Below, in pieces: positions 61,701 to 64,000 of a DNA stretch of 64,000 nt (position 1 is the first letter of the stretch; each line of letters begins with the position of its first letter). The notes under the pieces are model-generated. The model was not told the origin of the DNA and searched no databases. It saw nothing but the letters and a program-made list of their open reading frames with translations. The translations under genes were made by a program, and so were the position numbers. This DNA is from Octopus vulgaris (taxonomy: Eukaryota), in contig OX597828.1 in the NCBI GenBank assembly GCA_951406725.2, positions 25,296,001 through 25,360,000 on the forward strand, read 5' to 3'.

Positions 61701-63316
61701 CTGTAGAATCACTCACCTCATCTGCAACTTTGTCCACATCAAGGGTAGTGTCGAATCCAATGGGGTTGGAGGTTAGCTGTTCGTCTGTTACACCAGCACC
61801 TTTAACCAGTTCCCATTCTTCCTCTGTGGCTGCAATGCCTCCCCCAGCAGCCACAGCTTCTTCCTCAACAACTGTATTTTCTAAAAACTGTGAAACTTCT
61901 AACAATGATATTTTCATGGACGAAGAAGATTTCTTAGAAGGTCAGTTGGCAAGTCAAGATAGAAAACTTATACCCCAACGAACGCGAATTATGTCTGATT
62001 CAGAACTTCTTGAAGAGCCTACTCCTGATGATATGCTCTCTTCTTTCCATGGGCTTGATTTCACTGTTGATTTTATCCTCCCTGAAAATCACTCCTCTGG
62101 AAGCATTAAACAGGAGCTAAATCCGTCAGAATCAGCAGTGTCTCAATTTTCTTTAAATAATTCCAATTCACATTCTTTCTCTTTAGGGAACAGTCGCTTC
62201 AGTCCTAAGAACTTTGAACCTGATACATCAGCTACATATTCACTTGAAGACTTTGTGACTGATGACTTACTCAGCAATTGCCATTTCTCCTTGCAGCCTT
62301 CTGCAGATTTAGGCACTGAAGAACTCTCTCTTCCTGCTGCTACTAGTTCTGAGCTGCAAAATGCAGTCGACAGTATTGTAAACTTTGAAGGAACTGATAG
62401 CATAGCTGTTTCTGAGTGTAGTCTGGACTCACTGGCACATAGAAATAATTTGGTATTGAACACCGAAGATGCCGTCCAGTCAATCTTAGCTGGAACAGCT
62501 TCATTACACAGTTCTGAATCATCAGCTCCTACTGTTGCTATGGCCAGCACAACTACTGCTAATAATAGTAGTAGTAACAGCAGCAACAGTAACAGCAGCA
62601 ACAACAACAACAACAACATCATCATTGATAACAGTCCCTCAAATAACAACAATAATAATAATAATAATAGTAATAATAATAATAACAACAACAACAGCAA
62701 TAACACCTCCACAAACCTCACAACCACCACTTCTACAACCAGCATCACCACTTCCACAAGCAACACCACCACGACCAACAACAGCAACAACAACAACACA
62801 GCCCCCAACAACAACAACAATGATAATGCTGATAATACCAACAATAACAATACGCAAGCAACTGTCATCTCTGCAACGCCTGTTGATTGTATCACGGACG
62901 TTTCAGATGCCTACACCGATCCAAAACTGAAGCAGCAGACTGAGAATGCGGTGAACAGCATTCTCAGCCTGTCTCAAGAACCACCGATGCCCTCTGGTGG
63001 CAGTGTTGGTGACTTCTCAATAGACGGTCCACTGGATGACTACGGTAGTGGTAGCTCTCACCTCTCCTGCAATGTAGGAGGCGGTGGAGTGAGTATAGCT
63101 AGCTCTCTCGATGGCTCTGGTGCATCAGGCCTTGCTACTGCACCAGCCGGGTCAGACATTGGTACAATGGTTGCCGCAACCGCTGGGGTGCCACAAGACT
63201 TCTACTCTTCCGTTCCGGATCGGTCCTTAGATGATAGTTGTTTGGTGAGTGCCGCTGATGCTGGCATGCAAATTGAGGATGATTTAGATGCTGCTGTGCA
63301 AAGTATTCTGATGTAA
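8517..63316 (+). CDS. BICRA: BICRA/GLTSCR1-family gene (ncBAF subunit), spliced CDS: join(8517..8551,12706..12751,13295..13824,38985..41835,45786..46232,47108..47220,51949..52097,54559..54653,59113..59215,61092..63316), about 2197 aa
   Basis: All nine introns are GT..AG with compatible phases (2,0,2,0,0,2,1,0,1); summed length 6594 nt is divisible by 3. N-terminus [21 protein letters not shown] resembles the vertebrate BICRA/BICRAL start ([23 protein letters not shown] as recalled); GLTSCR1-domain motifs in exons 7-9; C-terminal AAVQSIL. Extra small exons in the 25-kb intron cannot be excluded; probably a single co-orthologue of BICRA and BICRAL. Confidence 0.9.
9335..9733 (+). mobile_element. 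RTE-3'-end-derived short element; other copies 18795-19060, 31390-31510, 34060-34418, 43790-43975 (+) and 8592-8700, 10861-11008, 11635-11785, 21780-21930, 44020-44200 (-)
   Basis: Same sequence as the RTE 3' end at 50450-50745 (gtggttggcgttaggaagggcatcca...ccaacccatgctagcatggaaagcggac) followed by (GAT)n. Confidence 0.85.
12706..12751 (+). CDS. BICRA: BICRA coding exon 2 ([15 protein letters not shown])
   Basis: Acceptor ttttcaaatcag, donor GTG|gtaagt; phase 2 in, 0 out; continues the DPxxLNxFL motif. Confidence 0.9.
13295..13824 (+). CDS. BICRA: BICRA coding exon 3 (acidic, then Ser/Ala/Pro-rich with poly-Pro)
   Basis: Acceptor gtgctgttgcag in frame with ORF 13211-13828; donor GG|gtaggt just before the in-frame TAG; phase matches exon 4. 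Confidence 0.85.
15790..17480 (-). mobile_element. Degenerate R4/Dong-like (RLE) non-LTR retrotransposon copy A, internally deleted
   Basis: Minus-strand fragments [45 protein letters not shown] (RT), [12 protein letters not shown] (zinc knuckle), RPDIVVVD...IIDIAIP (RLE nuclease); many stops and frameshifts. Confidence 0.85.
17542..18712 (-). mobile_element. 3' part of R4/Dong-like LINE copy B
   Basis: [18 protein letters not shown]-type CCHC finger, [27 protein letters not shown]...[19 protein letters not shown]; (TAA)n on both sides. Confidence 0.88.
19330..20144 (-). mobile_element. Internally deleted mariner (Tc1/mariner) transposon
   Basis: TIRs caaggtggtgtcaaaaag / ctttttcgataccaccttg, TA on both sides; remnants [45 protein letters not shown] (YSPDLAP-like). 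Confidence 0.92.
20225..21357 (+). mobile_element. Old RTE LINE 3' remnant interrupted by later insertions
   Basis: [11 protein letters not shown]...ESAVAR segment similar to 49885-50100; continues at about 21100-21357 to a gatgatgatgat tail. Confidence 0.65.
20871..21026. mobile_element. hAT-like MITE (about 155 bp) inserted into a SINE remnant
   Basis: Imperfect TIRs ctggggcagactgag / ctcagtccacccctg (12 of 15 match); GC-rich interior; SINE sequence on both sides. Confidence 0.55.
22417..22533. repeat. Inverted repeat / fold-back element with about 46-bp arms
   Basis: atgtagctcaacgaatgtcagcaggcgactgactgtcttgtcaaat pairs with atttgacaagacagtcagttgcccgctgacactcattgacactacat; 24-nt spacer. 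Confidence 0.85.
25898..25970. repeat. Perfect 34-bp tandem duplication
   Basis: tctgtctcaggtaacatttccaggtgatctgata twice, plus a partial third start. Confidence 0.95.
28530..28735 (+). repeat. Unclassified old interspersed repeat; copies near 90-200, 1610-1770, 2076-2240, 24040-24190, 30600-30805, 35000-35170
   Basis: Shared blocks ttgtttaac(c)ccagg..., ccag.tatgaccat.c, gatttggctgctatttctagcagg. Confidence 0.6.
29068..29345 (+). repeat. Diverged about 270-bp direct repeat; second copy at about 33445-33725
   Basis: Colinear blocks tataataatttcccatt..gaaaatgtt, ctgct.tactcattcttc, ggtgtcaagt.g.tgaatt.aaacaa, ttccaat..aa.acc.tc. Confidence 0.8.
29511..29963 (-). mobile_element. Full-length copy of the same tRNA-derived SINE, opposite orientation
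   Basis: Reverse complement aligns nearly base for base with 53183-53594 outside the microsatellite. Confidence 0.9.
31218..31318 (-). ncRNA. Type I hammerhead ribozyme motif (minimal stem III) inside a (TA)n-flanked short element
   Basis: Minus strand attcctt-gt-ctttc CTGATGA gaagac-g-gcata...tatgc-a-gtcttc GAA ACA-tg-TGT T gagag-ta-aaggaat: core boxes and three stems in the correct order. Confidence 0.75.
38985..41835 (+). CDS. BICRA: BICRA coding exon 4 (2851 nt; poly-Q and Q/S/T/A/G-rich low complexity)
   Basis: Acceptor tttctctatttcag; open frame [15 protein letters not shown]... continuous with ORF 39253-42000; donor AAG|gttagt where composition switches to intronic. Confidence 0.9.
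42850..43220 (-). mobile_element. Third tRNA-derived SINE family remnant
   Basis: Minus strand ggtgtctggctcatgatcataaggttgtaagtgtgattcctggc...gtccttgagcaagacactttatttcac; related fragment near 45120-45270. Confidence 0.6.
44627..44848. mobile_element. piggyBac-like MITE (about 220 bp); other copies 14620-14831, 36577-36794, 42436-42658, 59250-59469, and inverted 32306-32714
   Basis: TTAA-CCCTTTAG...CTAAAGG(G)-TTAA termini and a shared internal sequence (gaacataaaacaggtagaata, ggatatggccggtttaaatgc) in six copies. Confidence 0.85.
45786..46232 (+). CDS. BICRA: BICRA coding exon 5 ([10 protein letters not shown]..., poly-Q/H)
   Basis: Acceptor tttttgttttccag, donor CAG|gtgggt, 447 nt, phase 0/0. 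Confidence 0.87.
47108..47220 (+). CDS. BICRA: BICRA coding exon 6 ([37 protein letters not shown])
   Basis: Acceptor tttctttctag, donor GT|gtaagt, open frame, phase 0 in / 2 out matches exon 7. Confidence 0.85.
48800..50745 (+). mobile_element. 5'-truncated RTE-clade LINE (RT, PHD-like finger, 3' UTR, (GAT)n tail)
   Basis: [53 protein letters not shown] (49527-49538); stop at 49401-49403 and frameshifts; ends ...gacattaaacgatgatgatgat. Confidence 0.92.
51949..52097 (+). CDS. BICRA: BICRA coding exon 7, GLTSCR1 domain part 1 ([38 protein letters not shown]...)
   Basis: DQ..AL..D.KTPF....DA..RL..[FY]HV signature; acceptor tttcaaaacag, donor G|gttagt. Confidence 0.92.
53183..53594 (+). mobile_element. 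Full-length tRNA-derived SINE with internal (TA)/(TG) microsatellite
   Basis: A-box-like tggctgtgtgg, B-box-like gggttcagtccc, ttgggcaagt core, (gagtaaa)n tail; relatives at 32328-32500, 37048-37385, 52750-53090 and minus-strand 9820-9965, 38000-38125. Confidence 0.88.
54559..54653 (+). CDS. BICRA: BICRA coding exon 8, GLTSCR1 domain part 2 ([32 protein letters not shown])
   Basis: D..FE.....L.+.Q.M..KYR.LLLEES signature; acceptor ttccattag, donor ATG|gtaagt. Confidence 0.92.
54851..55051 (+). mobile_element. Second SINE family with (ATT)n tail; other copies about 10670-10860, 11870-12070, 15330-15545, 15555-15780, 25490-25650, 33940-34030, 34420-34610, 54745-54840, and minus-strand 5040-5290
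   Basis: Head ggtgagctggcagaatcgtt, B-box-like ctgagttcaaat, core ctttgcctttcatcc...taaaataagtaccag (Nin/Deu-domain-like by recollection), tail tagaa..attattatt. Confidence 0.75.
55052..58830 (-). mobile_element. Near full-length, inactivated R4/Dong-like LINE copy C (about 3.8 kb)
   Basis: RT motifs [41 protein letters not shown] (FMDD mutated), [13 protein letters not shown]...HITNEC finger, RLE region near 55250-55450, putative 5' UTR 58650-58830. Confidence 0.92.
59113..59215 (+). CDS. BICRA: BICRA coding exon 9, GLTSCR1 domain part 3 ([34 protein letters not shown])
   Basis: [10 protein letters not shown] signature; acceptor attttattaaag (AAG type), donor CAG|gtaaat. Confidence 0.92.
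61092..63316 (+). CDS. BICRA: BICRA terminal coding exon 10 (K/E-rich, acidic, poly-N/T, ends AAVQSILM*)
   Basis: Acceptor tttttgcag; phase 1 gives DAFEP then ORF 61106-63316; KLVIR and AVxSIL motifs typical of the family. Confidence 0.9.
62562..62852 (+). repeat. Coding AAC/AAT/ACC repeat (poly-Asn/Thr); coding CAG/CAA tracts at 39058-39223, 41364-41442, 45941-46073
   Basis: Directly visible trinucleotide tracts within BICRA exons. Confidence 0.95.
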
Positions 63317-63844
63317 TAATAATCAATAAGGATAGTGAAGAAACAAAACAAAACAAAACAACAACAAAAATAATAATACCGGATTAAGAAATGGGAGAAA
63401 TTTGACAAAATAAACAAATAAGTAGATGGGAGGAAAATGACTGATGTTTTTTTTTCTCTTACTGAACATCAGGTATTGAAAAATGTTAATGATATTCGTA
63501 TGGAAGTATATGAAATTGAAGTGTAAACATATATTTTTTATTTGAAGACTGAGCAATTTGCTGGACAGAACTAGACATTTTGTTGAGAACTCAACTACAA
63601 CTGAATTACACACAAACATAAAAATACTTGTTAAAAAATTGTTTTCCCTTCTCAATTCCTTTCTCTCTCTCTCTCTCTCTCAACATATTTTGCCTCCTCC
63701 TCTCTCTCTATCTTTGTTTATATCCTCTTATTTCTCACTCCATCTCTCTCTCTCTCTCTCTCTCTCCTGATTCTCTCATTTATTCACCTTGATGTTATAA
63801 TGACTGTAATGTGATCATTGTAAACTCTATAACATATCATTTCC

Positions 63845-63850
63845 AATAAA
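63845..63850 (+). promoter_or_regulatory. Candidate polyadenylation signal AATAAA in the 3' UTR (another at 63409-63414)
   Basis: Hexamer downstream of the stop; background is AT-rich so weak evidence. Confidence 0.25.
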
Positions 63851-64000
63851 TGACCATTATTCAAAGACAAAAAAGACAAGGAATTCATTATAGATTTTCT
63901 TCCTTCTCCCATTTCCCCTGCCTTTCCAATATTTCAAATATCCTTTACCCTCCGCCCACCCATGTCTCAGCCCATATCCCCCATATATTTGTAAATACAT

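Noticed and set aside
62143-62895. 250-aa minus-strand poly-Leu/Val ORF (similarly 38999-39268, 45925-46128, 13444-13719, 61606-61917)
   Set aside because: Antisense shadows of trinucleotide-repeat coding exons of BICRA

Overview
AT-rich, microsatellite- and transposon-dense animal genomic DNA; the SINE/LINE families and their (TA)n/(GAT)n/(ATT)n tails look like Octopus (inference from repeat recognition). Almost the whole window is one plus-strand gene, a BICRA/GLTSCR1-family (ncBAF/GBAF chromatin-remodelling subunit) orthologue. I could assemble 10 coding exons (8517..63316) with GT-AG boundaries and matching phases, about 6594 nt / 2197 aa: N-terminal [21 protein letters not shown], a long Q-rich low-complexity middle, the GLTSCR1 domain over exons 7-9, and a large last exon ending AAVQSILM*. 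The introns hold decayed mobile DNA: three R4/Dong-like RLE LINE copies at (TAA)n tracts, an RTE LINE with a PHD-type finger next to its RT, an internally deleted mariner, six piggyBac-like MITEs, a hAT-like MITE and many SINEs. Most notable: short (TA)n-associated elements with hammerhead-ribozyme folds (one well formed at 31218-31318, minus strand), and a fourfold AVxSI[LV] motif plus a dense SUMO-consensus cluster in the BICRA C-terminus. No prokaryote-type system (CRISPR etc.) is present, and nothing here is shown to be a new biological system.
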